64,000 nucleotides of DNA. It comes from Cercozoa sp. M6MM (Eukaryota > Protista > Endomyxa: Ascetosporea). The notes under the pieces are model-generated. The model did no database searches. It was not told where the DNA came from and was given only the letters and a program-made list of their open reading frames with translations. Below, piece after piece: positions 12,474 to 24,100 of this stretch (position 1 is its first letter; each line of letters begins with the position of its first letter). The stretch is taken from the NCBI GenBank assembly GCA_040357565.1, contig JBDODJ010000049.1; one strand, written 5' to 3'. The translations under genes were made by a program, and so were the position numbers.

Positions 12474-14235
12474 ATGCAGGCGCGGAAACGATTGGTCTCG
12501 TTGTGCGCGAGACAGAGCCGGTTTGGGGCGGCAGCGTGGCGCCCAAGTCACCAAGTGCCTCCGCCAGCTGTGTTGGCGACAGCGGTGATGCCTTATGAGG
12601 GTCCGCGATCCAAGTCAGAGATCCTCATGGGCGCAGTCGGCGATTCCTGTGCGTTTCTCCAGTTTCTGTGTTGTCCTGTCTCCTGAGTCCGCAGTGTATG
12701 TGTACTGTTGTGGTGTAGACAACGAGATGATGCGAGAGGTGCGAAGTTCACCGCTGATGCAAAAGGTGTCTCAGCGACTGGGTAGGCTGAATACTATACG
12801 AGAATTAATTAGTTTATTTTGACCAATGAGTTTGACTGGTGTAGGCGGTGCCCAGGAGAGAATGCAGGCCACCACAGAGACATGGGACCAGACACGTACC
12901 GTTTCTGATATATATATATATATATGTATTTATATATATATATATATATTTATGTATGTGTCTTAGAGAACCCGCTGCTGGTGTCGATGCGTAACGCAGC
13001 GGTATTAGAGCCCTCTTTCTTTGCCCTTTGCCCTTTACCCTTTTGTTTAATTTGTAGGACTCAGTCTCGGACGAAAACGAAAGTGGCTCCGCATACTCGG
13101 TACAGTTTTATTTTATGAAATGCCTGAGTTGATGAGGAAAACTCTCGTAGACGATTTATGCTTTGGCCGACTACAACGAAGCTGAACTTCTGGACGATGT
13201 ACGCTTTGCCTCGTCTTACCCTTACCTTTTTACTCTTACCTCTTTACCCTCCCGCCTATATCCCCTCCCTTACCCCCCCCCCCCCCAGGTGCACGAATGG
13301 AGCGAGGAGATCCTGTACAGATACCTGTGGGCACGCGACCCTCAGTGGGTCAAAAAGGTAGCTAGTGTTCTTGTTTACCCCCCTCCCCCGGTAGGTCAAA
13401 TTGCACTGGTGTGTTTTGTCAGAACTGTGATGCTCGCGGCCAAGCGTATTTCGATGTGTGGCGACACGTGTTCGCAGCGCGCTGCGGCGTTGCTGACGGT
13501 ACCTTTACCCGTCCCCCTTTACCCCTCCCTTACCACCCCTTTACCCCTTACCCCCGTTCCCCACAGAGGCATCAGCAGCAGCAGCGGCGGCCGCGCAGGC
13601 ACGCGCACAGGGCAACGAAGAAGCCGCGTACTGTTGACTTTACTGTTCACTGTCCCGTCTTACCCCTTACGGCCACCATCGTAGTGAGGAAGAGGACCTC
13701 AAGATGCAAGCTGCGCAAGCGCGCGTGGCGGAACTGGCCGAGTCGCTGCGATTCGTCGGTCACGTTTTCCACACCGACAGACCAGGTAGTGCTGTTAAGC
13801 AGTGAGGGGTCAGAGTATTACGAAGGCAAGTATTTTACGAATGGTTGCACAGTAATCGAACAGGCCGAGAAGGACGAGCACGGCATTCCGACAGTGCGAA
13901 TGCGTTTCGCGGCGCAGGTGGACATGCGAGTCGAGGATGAGCAAGGCAACAGTGTCTACGGCCTCAGTGCCAACAGTCTTGACTACCCAAGCGTCGAGAA
14001 CGGCCAGTGCCTGGTGGAGCTGCGCTTCGTTCCCGATGCCACCGGTCCCGTCAACGAGCTTGACGAAGACGACGTCGACGAGCACCCCGACCACGAGCGC
14101 TTCACTGAATCCGAGGAGTTCTACCCGGGCCGACCTGAGACGCTCGACCACCGCTGGCGCATCGGTATCGTCGAGTACCACGACGTCGGTCTGCTTGCTG
14201 GCGCCAGCGCTGACACTAGCAATCAGGATTTCTAA
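12474..14235 (+). CDS. Divergent mitochondrial import protein Tim44-like
   Basis: Presequence MQARKRLVSLCARQSRF; WDQT|ENPLLVSMRNAA|DSVSDENESGSAYS...EEILYRYLWARDPQWVKK and PTVRMRFAAQ resemble the Tim44 C-domain. Confidence 0.6.
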
Positions 14236-15044
14236 CCCAGCTTATTTTTGTGGTCACGGGTAAACTACCGTTTCCGTTGTGCTGCCATGCACTTCCAGGA
14301 CGCAAGAAAGGAGGCTACATCAGCCTGTTACAGCATAAACTACTGTATCCGCGCGGAAGCAACCCAACAACTTAAAAAAATCCTCAAAAGAGGTGTGGAA
14401 GATTTTGACGTGTGTTCGCTGGTATCCTGACCTACTGAGAGCTTCAGTCCAGACTGTGGAACACCTGTGTTTGAGTAGGGAAGCCTTGAGCAAGCTTTTT
14501 GCAGCTGAACTCAAAGAAGGGCTCTCTCTCGACCAGGTAATCTGATCTCTCCAGGACCAGTTGTCTTCGCTTCTACCTGTCCTCTGCCTTTCCAGGGCCC
14601 TTCTTTTCTTTACTTCCAACTCAAGTACTTCTGAATCCTCACTACTCAGTTCTCACGACGCCTTTCCGTCTCAAGGACCCTTTATACTGACTGTCCTTTC
14701 TACAGTTCCCATCTGACGGGTGACTGTCCCGTCCACCACAAGTGCTTTGCCGCCCAACTGAACCGTTGGGGTAACTCACTCTTTCAAACTGACACTTGGC
14801 CACTCTTCCTCCAAGAACAGACTTTATTACGTTCCTTAGTTTTTTTTGTATCACTGGCAAAGTACCCTTAGTTTACCAAGGCCTGATCCCTATCTGAGAG
14901 GGCTGCGGTAACAAGCCTGCCTGGGCAACTGAACTGCCCTAAAGGGAAGCGTGTGTTCACTAAAGGAAGTTTTCTAAGATGTACTGAGACTTAACTAAGA
15001 ACTTTTGCATTGACAAGCTTGCTCAAATTAATCTGTGCAGTCGC

Positions 15045-15825
15045 TTACTTGGACATGGCAGCGACCTGGTCGAGCGCGTTGGTGAGATCGGCCAGGATGT
15101 CGTCGATGTTCTCGACGCCGACCGAGAGACGCACGAGGCCGTCATCGATACCAAGGGCAGCGCGGTGCTCGGGCGGCACAGCGGCATGCGTCATGATCAC
15201 GCTACCAGCAAGGGGGGGGGGGGGGTAACTTGAGGGATAACGGGAGGTAGACACAATGTTACGGGTGCTCGGCGAGCGACTCGACGGCACCGAGCGACTC
15301 GGCCAGCGTGAAGACCTTGAGCTCCTCGAGGAACTTCTTGCTCTCCTCGAGACCGTGCAGGAAGAGGGTCACCATGCCACCTAACCATAGGGGTGAAGAT
15401 CTGAGGGTTGGGCGGAGAAAGTGGGAACAGGGGATACCGCCAGTGCGCATCTGCTTCTTGGCAACAGCGTGGTTAGGGTGCGACTCCAGGAACGGGTAGT
15501 ACACCTTCTTGACGACGTCGGTACGCGTCTCCAGGAAGGCGGCCACCTTGGCGGCATTGTCGGCGTGTCGCTCCATGCGCAGCGCGAGCGTCTTGATGCC
15601 ACGCAGCGCCATGTAGCAGTCGAACGGCGCCGGCACGGCACCGATCGAGTTCTGCAAGAAGTGCAGGCGCTGCGCGATCTCCTCGGAGCGCGTGACGGCC
15701 AGGCCCATGACGACGTCGCTGTGCCCGTTGATGTACTTCGTGGCCGAGTGCACCACAATGTCCACGCCCATCTCCAGCGGGTTCTGAGGCACCAGGACAC
15801 ACATAAAATACACCAAAATATACAC

Positions 15826-15906
<81 letters not shown>

Positions 15907-16623
15907 GTGTACAGATGAATATAATATACTAGGTCAGGCTACCTGGTTGTACGGCGTGGCGAAGGTGTTGTCGATCACGACGAGAGCCTGCGGGGCCACC
16001 TGGCGAGCCACGATAACGGCGGCCTCGACGTCCGTGACCTTGAGCGTCGGGTTAGTCGGCGTCTCGATCCAGATGAGCTTGGTCTTGTCGGTGCACACGG
16101 CCGCCATGGCGTCCTTGTCGGTGAGGTCACCCACGAACGACACGTCGATGCCGTGCGCCGACTCGACGACGCGCTTGAGGTAGCGGTGCGTGCCGCCGTA
16201 GACGTCATCCACCGACACGATGTGATCGCCCGTGGCCAGCATGTTCACGATCGTCGCCGTCACCGCCGAGCCCGACGAGAACGCAAAGCCGTACTTGCCC
16301 TTCTCGAGCTCGGCCACGCAGGCCTCCAGCACCTTGCGCGTCGGGTTCAGCGTGCGCGAGTACTCGAAACTACACACAAATGCCTTTGCCTAAGCCTCCA
16401 TCCACAATGTGCCCAGTGTACCCCTTGAAAACACCCGGCGACGACTGAGCGTACGTCGTAGCGAGCGAGATCGGCGTGCACACGGCGCCCGTCTGCGGGT
16501 CCGGCTCCTGGCCTGCAGACACGCATCGCTTTTCACTAAACTAGTACATCACCACCACACACAGAGGGAATTGCGTGTACCGGCATGGATGCACTGGGTG
16601 TCAAAGTTCTCGGAGTGGACCAT
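15045..16623 (-). CDS. CTH: Cystathionine gamma-lyase (PLP-dependent, 6 exons)
   Basis: FEYSRTLNPTR, IWIETPTNP, DNTFATP, HSATKYINGHSD (PLP lysine), LAESLGAVESLAEHP, LVRLSVGVE. Confidence 0.95.
15827..15912. repeat. Intronic (TA)n-(TG)n compound microsatellite
   Basis: Direct reading of the sequence. Confidence 0.9.
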
Positions 16624-16927
16624 TATCTCTGTCTGCTCAGTTTTGCGCAATGTCACAACCAAACCATGAAAACACTGCGAGACGCACTGTGACCATCTTT
16701 ACCGTTACAACAATATCTGCAGTGTATAAAGACACAAGATGTTGTTTGAGGGCAGCAAGAATCGAAGGTTCAAATTATAATGAATCTTTCGTATTGGATT
16801 GACTGCGGGATATTTGGACGGTACGTTTGAACGGTTCAAGGCACAGTCCACGGCCCCCTTAATTGTTGTCGTAGGGCAGACCCAGGATCTCGCCACGTCC
16901 ACAGGTAGTTTCGAACCCGTGACTCTA

Positions 16928-18288
16928 ATGCTGGCTGCTGCTCGACGTGCCTCGACCCGCAGCATTGTAAGTCAACGTCGCTAGTTTTTTTCGTGCACTG
17001 CAACACTGCTGGCTGCGACTCGTTGTCATCGCGCTCGTGCATAGCCTATGGGTGTGTCACAAGGTGCATGTGACGCGAGCTTGCAATGCATGCACGCAGA
17101 GCATTTGTTTTTGTGTCTTTTTTTTTGTTCTCAACTTGAACGTGCTTTGTACGAGCAGGTGGCGGCGGGCGTGCGCCCGTTCTCGGCCGACATTGAGGCC
17201 GTGAGCAAGCGTTACGAAACGTTCAACAAGCTGAAGCAGGTGTGCGAGGCGATGCAAATGGTGTCGTCGGCGCTGGCGCCCAAGGCGCAGGAGATGGCCA
17301 AGCAGGCGAACCGCACGATGCGTCGCGGTCTTGATCGCTGGTGGGCGCCGAACCAGCTCATGTACTGGAGCTGGAAGCGACTGCCGTGGGTGCGCGAGAA
17401 GCGCCCGCGTCGCCACCTGTTCATCGCCATCGCTGGTGACCAGGGTATGTGTGCGTCGGCCAACACGGCGCCCGCTATGCTCACGGGCAAGTACTTCCAG
17501 GCGCTCAAGAAGGAGTACCCGGACGATGAGTTCCGCTACGGCTGGTACCGCTGTTGCAGCTCTACCCCATCCATGTTGAGCACTTGTCCTGTCTGACGAC
17601 AGCATCGGCAAGCGTGCCGTGGCGCGTACGCGCTTCATGTTCGACAACGACGACCTGTTCGCCTTCGCTATCGGCGGTGCCGCGCGTGCGCGTACGCCGG
17701 GTGCCAAGTTCATCGAGCTCGTGATCGATGAGATCGCGCAGCTGAGTCCGGACTGGATCCACGTGGGCTCGGCCGACTTCTTCGAGCCGTGGAACATGAA
17801 GGTGTCGGTCAAGCAGATCCCGGGCTACGAGCTGGCGCGTCTCTCCATCGTGGAGCGCGAGCGCATCGTGGTGAACTACAACAGCAAGGAGGGCACGCTG
17901 TACAACAACTACAACTACCTGTACAACAAGAACCTCGATGCCTGGTACTACGAGTACCTCGCCATGCGTCTCACCAACCTCATCATGAACCACCGCGCCT
18001 GCGAGCAGACGCAGCGAATGCAGGCTATGGAGGTACTTCCCTGTTCTCTTAGACTTCTTTCACTTCCCTTTTCTTCCCGTCCGTCCCTCCCTCACTATGT
18101 GCACGTCGATGTGCACATTCTCTGCGCAGGGTGCCGTGAAGAACATTCGCGACGAGCTGCAGCGCCTCATGGTGACCAAGAACCGCTTGCGACAGGCGCA
18201 GGCCACCGAGTCGGCCGCCCTCGGTGCCATGGGTGCCGTGTCGCTCATGATGCTCGCCAACCCGTTCGACTCGGATGGCACCTACTAA
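16928..18288 (+). CDS. ATP3: Mitochondrial F1 ATP synthase gamma subunit, divergent (4 exons)
   Basis: Presequence MLAAARRASTRSI; KQVCEAMQMVSSA; IAGDQGMCASAN; CEQTQRMQAME|GAVKNIRDELQRLMVTKNRLRQAQATE. Confidence 0.85.
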
Positions 18289-18475
18289 GCGCGTTCCTTC
18301 CCTGGCCGGGCACTTGGCTCGTCTGTGCTCGCGCGTGCACTTTTGTTTCGTTTCGTTGGACACGTCGCGTCCTGCTTGTGTCGTGTTGCGTGTGATCTTT
18401 ACTTGAAGTAAGACTCCGACCTTCTGTTTCAAAGTTAGCATGAGTCTAATGAATCAAGTTGGACTACTGGCTGGC

Positions 18476-20764
18476 TCAGTTTAATTTGTGACGCAGTCGC
18501 TGGATCGTGTTGGGAATCACGTCGGCCTGCTCGGTGCCCACAGTTAATAAAAAGTATGAGTGAAAGAAAGAAAGAAGGTAAACTTACGAGTCGTGCGTGC
18601 ATAGCGGCCGGAAGAGCGCCGTTGAGCTCGGCGTGCAACACGCAGGTCACCACTGCCGACAAGCGCGGTCGCTGTGGGTGTGCTTCGATCACCCAGCCAC
18701 TCGGGTGCACCTGACGCGTTAACGATGCAACGTGGCTTATGCCGACCCCATAACTTAAGTGCCCCTTCTACCTGTGCACGAATACAGTGGCGTGAAGGAG
18801 GCGCAGCATCGACATGCGTGCTGACGTAGGCGATGAGGTTGTCGCGGCACCTCTGCACGAGCACGGCATCCCTGCCGTACATATCAAAAATGTACGATCT
18901 CACCCGACGACTTCCTTCAAAGAAAGCAAAGAAAACGAACCGTTGCACGAGCGACAGCCACTGGCGTGCTTTGAACGAGCACTGCAGCACGCACGTCTCT
19001 TCATCGACCTTGTGAATACTCCGCGAATGCTCCAAGAACATTCCGCCATTGTCTCGCAGGAATTCAAGCACCTTCTGCGGCGGTGCATTCACCACGCCGC
19101 GGCCCATGAACTGAGCGATTTCAAAAAGATTCTCTCAGCTATTTGAGAGGAAATCGAGGTACGGCAATAGTGTCGGCCTCGACACGAGGCTTGCGATAGA
19201 GTGCCACGTGCTGCTTTATCATCGGTTTCGGCAGCCTATGTGTTGAATAGCCTCAAAACCAGGAAGAAAAAATCAACGAAGTTCAACAAACTAGATTGAA
19301 TACTCACCATTCGCTTCGCGCTGCAACATGCGTCTGGCGTAACAATTCGCCTGCTGCCACAGCACCTGCGAAACGACACATTTAGGCACCGAACATAACA
19401 GAAACTGAGATTAGAGCTACCCAGAACACGCAAATCGACATTCTCTTTCTGTTTCGACTGCTTTTTTCGTGGTGACTCTTGCACTTCTGTCCGCGCGGAT
19501 GCACTTAAAAGAGAAATAAAAGTAGTTGTTCATTTGTTTTCTACCCGCAGCTGCGTTCTGGGCAGGACTCGAGTCTATTGAATCCAATGGCGTGTGTGCC
19601 GGCATCGATTGCGACTGAACCAACTCGCGAATCTTGGCGACTTGCAATCTGCAGTTTTGAAAGCTTGTATCGAAAAATTTCGAATGCAGAAAAAAAAAGA
19701 GTACGGCTGTTCCTTGGCAACTCTTGCTTTCAACGAGGAAGGGATACTGCCGCACAGATCGACGCAAATCACATCTAAGAAGTCACACAAGCATAGTGCA
19801 AAACACACAAGGCCCATCTGAAGCACAGTTTTACACGTGAGCAAACACTCGCTGTCGCTGAGAGGACGCATGCGATGACCGGAAACTAAGACGCGACCTC
19901 GCACGTACTTGCTGTCAACAGGACACCGGGGCGATTCGACCGAAATCGAGGCGTGCACAATATCTTGTCTGCAGAGCAAATATTTTGCTGAGTCAAGTGA
20001 AAAGACGTGTGAGAGGGACGAGGCTGTACCCAATCAGACGACGACCAAAGAAAGCGCAGAAATCTCGTGGCGTAACGAACATTGGCGCCTTGTAGCGCGC
20101 GTGCATGACGCGATCATGCGGCGGCAGTGTCTTTACTTCAGTCACAGTGTCGACCATGTTATCGTACTGCTGCTTGGTGTTGGGCAGCATGAGCCATTCG
20201 CTCACATCTCGCGCACTCTTGCTGATACGAGTCTCGCCCTTCTGCACCGCGTAGCCGCCGTTTTCGCTGTAAATGCAACAGTATAGACTGTCACGAAACA
20301 TAAGAACAGACAAGGTACACAATTCGCAGTGTCTCTGGGTCGAAGTGCGTGCGAGAGAGAGTGACACCCTGGCGTTCCTCAAGGACTGTCCAAGCCTCCG
20401 CTGGGGCATCTGTACCGACACATTGTATCTGCACCGACACTGAACTGTACCCGACGTACCAAGCAGTGTCTGCACTGTGTCGAACGCACGTTTTGCAGTG
20501 CTATCTTTCTTGTTGTTGCTCAAACCTTCCGAAGTACCCTCGTTCTCAGTTTTCTTTGCTTTTCTCGTTGATGGCACAATTTCACTGTCTGTGCTCGTGT
20601 ATAGAATCGTCGTCGGCGGCTACAAACAACAACATAACGCTCTGGCACATGAGCGGTGCCAGGCGGAAAATTACGGGAGACGCGTGCCGTCGCTTTCGCA
20701 ATTCCAGAACGTAAAGTGCCCACCCAATCACGCCAAACAAGGCCGCTGCCACTATAGCCCACAT
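18476..20764 (-). CDS. N-terminally anchored tandem START-domain lipid-transfer protein
   Basis: N-terminal TM MWAIVAAALFGVIGWALYVL; START1 RVMHARYKAPMFVTPRDFC...PVDSKYVRGRVLVSGH...VDLCGSIP; START2 MGRGVVNAPPQKV...HAELNGALP. Confidence 0.8.
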
Positions 20765-21121
20765 GCCAATAACTGCATCAACTATAGCTGCAGTAGTAGT
20801 AGCACAATGGAGCGCACAGTGACACAGTGCTTACTGAACACACTGACTCGCACTGATCTTTTATTATTTTTGGTCACTGGCTATCCGGAACGCTGGACGC
20901 GCTAAGATAGTTGCTGGCTGTGTCCCGGGGTGTTTAGACAGTGGAATAGTCACTTTTAACGAGTAGGACAACGAGATAGTGGCTGAGTTTTCGTTGTCGA
21001 CTCTGTGGTGACTTGACGCTTGTGAGGCGCTCACCCGGTCGGCACGATTGCCTCCCGTGTTTTGCAGGCGTTTCTGGCTTTAAAGTGAAAAAGCTATTTA
21101 GCGCCAGAATCGCAAAGCGAA

Positions 21122-24100
21122 ATGAGTTTCTTTGGGCTTTTTCGCGGCAGATCGGTACCACTGCCTTTTCCCTGCTAAGGCGCACGTTTTACTTGCGGTA
21201 CATGTAGAAGGACGAACCTCGAGACAATCCACAAGACGCCGGGAATGCCAAAGCAGAGACGACAGGCGCGCGCGATTTGTCTCCGCAGCAGCCGGATCGA
21301 CTGCCGCAAGATGGTTCTCCGACCGTCGACAAGGACAAGATGCTCGTCGACGACGGCGAAACGCAAGAGTCGACGCTTGCAGAATCCGAAAAGCAGGAGT
21401 TTGGCTTGAAGCGCGAACGAAACGAGAGTGCTTTGGCAGGCCAGCGGAGCGACGAAGCAAGCGAAAGCAGCGAAGGTCGAGTCGAAACAGGCGAAACAGC
21501 GGTCGGAAAAAACGTTATTGCAGTTGAAAAGGACGAAAGTTCGGTTGAAAGTAGCGAGAGTTCGATTGCAAAGGACGAAAGTTCGATTGCAAAGGGCGAA
21601 AGCGAGCAAGAAGCGAACGAAAGCGAGCAAGAAGCAAGCGAGAGCGACAACGACATGACGCAACCGATCGACGATAGCGCTGAGCAGAGCGAAGCTTCAG
21701 AAGTCGCCGCGATCGACGACGGCGACGACGACGACGAGGATGACGAAGGCGACGAAGCCGAAAACGCACCGAAACAGAAGACAGACGCTGTCGAAACGCT
21801 GCGTCGTACGCAGCGAAGAATCAAGCGTCGACGTTTGCGCAGTACTTTGCGTTCGCTTTACCCCCCTATTTAATATCCTGCCCTCGGTGTTGCTGCAGCG
21901 ATCGGCACGATGAAGCCTTTGCGTCGCTTGCGTTCGAAAGTGGTGCCCGAGCGCTCGATCCTGCCGGTGCGCACGGGCTACGAGGCGCAGCACTGGCTGA
22001 ATCAGTACTTTGAGGACATTGGCGAGGCACAGATGCACCTGCTGGAGCCCAAGCTTCCATCGCTGCCACTGTCGCTGCTCTGCAACGAGGAAGGCAGTGT
22101 CCCGCCCGTGGCGCGGTCGGAACTCTTCTCCTGCAAGGTGTCGGTCGGCATTCCCGACCCGTCGGACAAGGAGCCGCTGCTTGCGCTGCAGCACGAGCCG
22201 TCGCCGCTCGGACTGCGACGCAGCATGGACCCCAAGCCTGTACCCCAGACATATGTATATATACATAGTATGTATCTAATATGTATATCGTCTGTATGGT
22301 ATGTATATAATGTGTATATAATATTATACATATATGTGTGTATATATATAGATAGATATTTGTGTGTTTGTTTTGTTATTTATCGATTTACGCGTTTGTG
22401 TATTGATTGGTTGATTGGTTGATTGATGTCTCGATTTGTTTGTTTATGCATATATTTATTCATTCTTCGTTGTTTATTATGTTTGTTTATCAATTTGTTA
22501 GTTCCTTTATTATTTCGAGACCAATAATATATTTACATTAGAATTATTTTGTGTGTATGTGTGGCAGTGCGACCTGTGCCGCGACAGCAAGGTGCGCGCG
22601 CAGTGTCAAGTGACTCCGTCGGGCGCGTGTCAGCGCTGCGTGTCGCGCGGCGTGCGGTGCTCGCTGCAGGCCAAGGTATACGAGCCAGACGACCACTTTG
22701 ACAAGTCGAAGGAACGCGCGCCGAAATTCGAGGAGACGGCGCTCTTTCTGGCGCCGTTCGCTCTCTCAGTGCGTACAGGCTGCCATCAGCAAGTCGAAGC
22801 TTTCGCCAAGCAGGCCAGCCAGCAGGCAACTCAGGCATTCTCGCAGGCCAGAGTGACTTCCTTTGCATCCAACGAACTGCTCGCGGGTCGCATCGCTGCA
22901 GACGAGGCCTTTGACGACGATGTCGACTGGCACGAGATCCTCCGCGTGTCGGCGCTCTTCGAGATGCGACTCGACCTGGATGACAACGAGCAGGCTGAAC
23001 TGGATCTCGCTCAGATCGACGCCGAGTTTGAAACACTCCTGGCCGAAATCGACGCTCTCGAAAGTCGAGACGAAGCACTCGAAGAAAGCACAGCGGCAAC
23101 ATCAACAGCTTCCGTCGTCGGTGTCGACGAACACAGCCAAGAGAAACTCGAACGTCTCTATGATTTTGTGACCACGAAAGCGACGTCGCAAATCGTCGCA
23201 GCCGAAGCGAATGCGCGCGTGTTTGACGAGAGCAAATCGTTGCACACGCAACTCTTCGACGGCGGTGCCATTGACGTCGGCTTCCTCATGTCCGAGACTG
23301 AGGGCTCACCGACTGATGGGTCACTTACTAGCGGGTCACCGACTGATGGGTCGCAGGTGATTGATGTCGATGTGCACATTGTCGACACAGAAGAAACCAT
23401 CGTCGACTCGGCCGCCATTGCGCTGCTGAAGCGACGTCCCGACGTTGCCAGACGCGTGCAGGTGCCGCCTTCCATTCTATCTTTCCTTCCACTTTACACT
23501 GCCTTTCTGCAGGACGGTTTCTTGAGTTCTGACGCACCGAAACTCTGTCCGCGCGTACGTGCACCTCCATGCAATCTAAAAGAAATCTTCAAGTGTACTT
23601 ATCCTCTGCAGGACGAAGTGTGGCTCGAGTTGCGACAGATGCAAGCCGAGTTGCAGTAGGTTTGCTTTTATTCTTTGGTTTTGGTGTGCATGTTTGTCGT
23701 CGTGATAGAGCACTGACGGAAGAAGGCGACAGAATACGCGCTGAAGTGAGAGAGGTACAGTTTGTATACTTTTGGTTCTTCAGTTACACCACCTTTACGC
23801 TGGCTTTTCTGGCTACTCAGCGCGTGCGAGAATTCCAAAAGAACGAGCGAATCGAGAACGAAAAGCGACGAAGCGAATCGCATTATCTGGAGGGCCGACT
23901 GCTTGATGTACCTCTTGCTTTGTTTCTGTCTCAATGTGGTCTGAGAGGTGCTTGTGCAAATAGCCACAAGCATGGCACACACCGCAACTGTTGGAACTCG
24001 TCGCCAAGGCGCGGAAGCTACACTCGCGTTCTTACAACCGTAGCCTTTTCTTGGCCTTTTCTGCACCTGTTCTTGTTGGCGTTTTCTTGGCGTTTTCTTG

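Noticed and set aside
16905-16922. TTCGAA T-loop-like words here and at ~5725 and ~41857
   Set aside because: No cloverleaf or acceptor stem could be built, so not tRNAs
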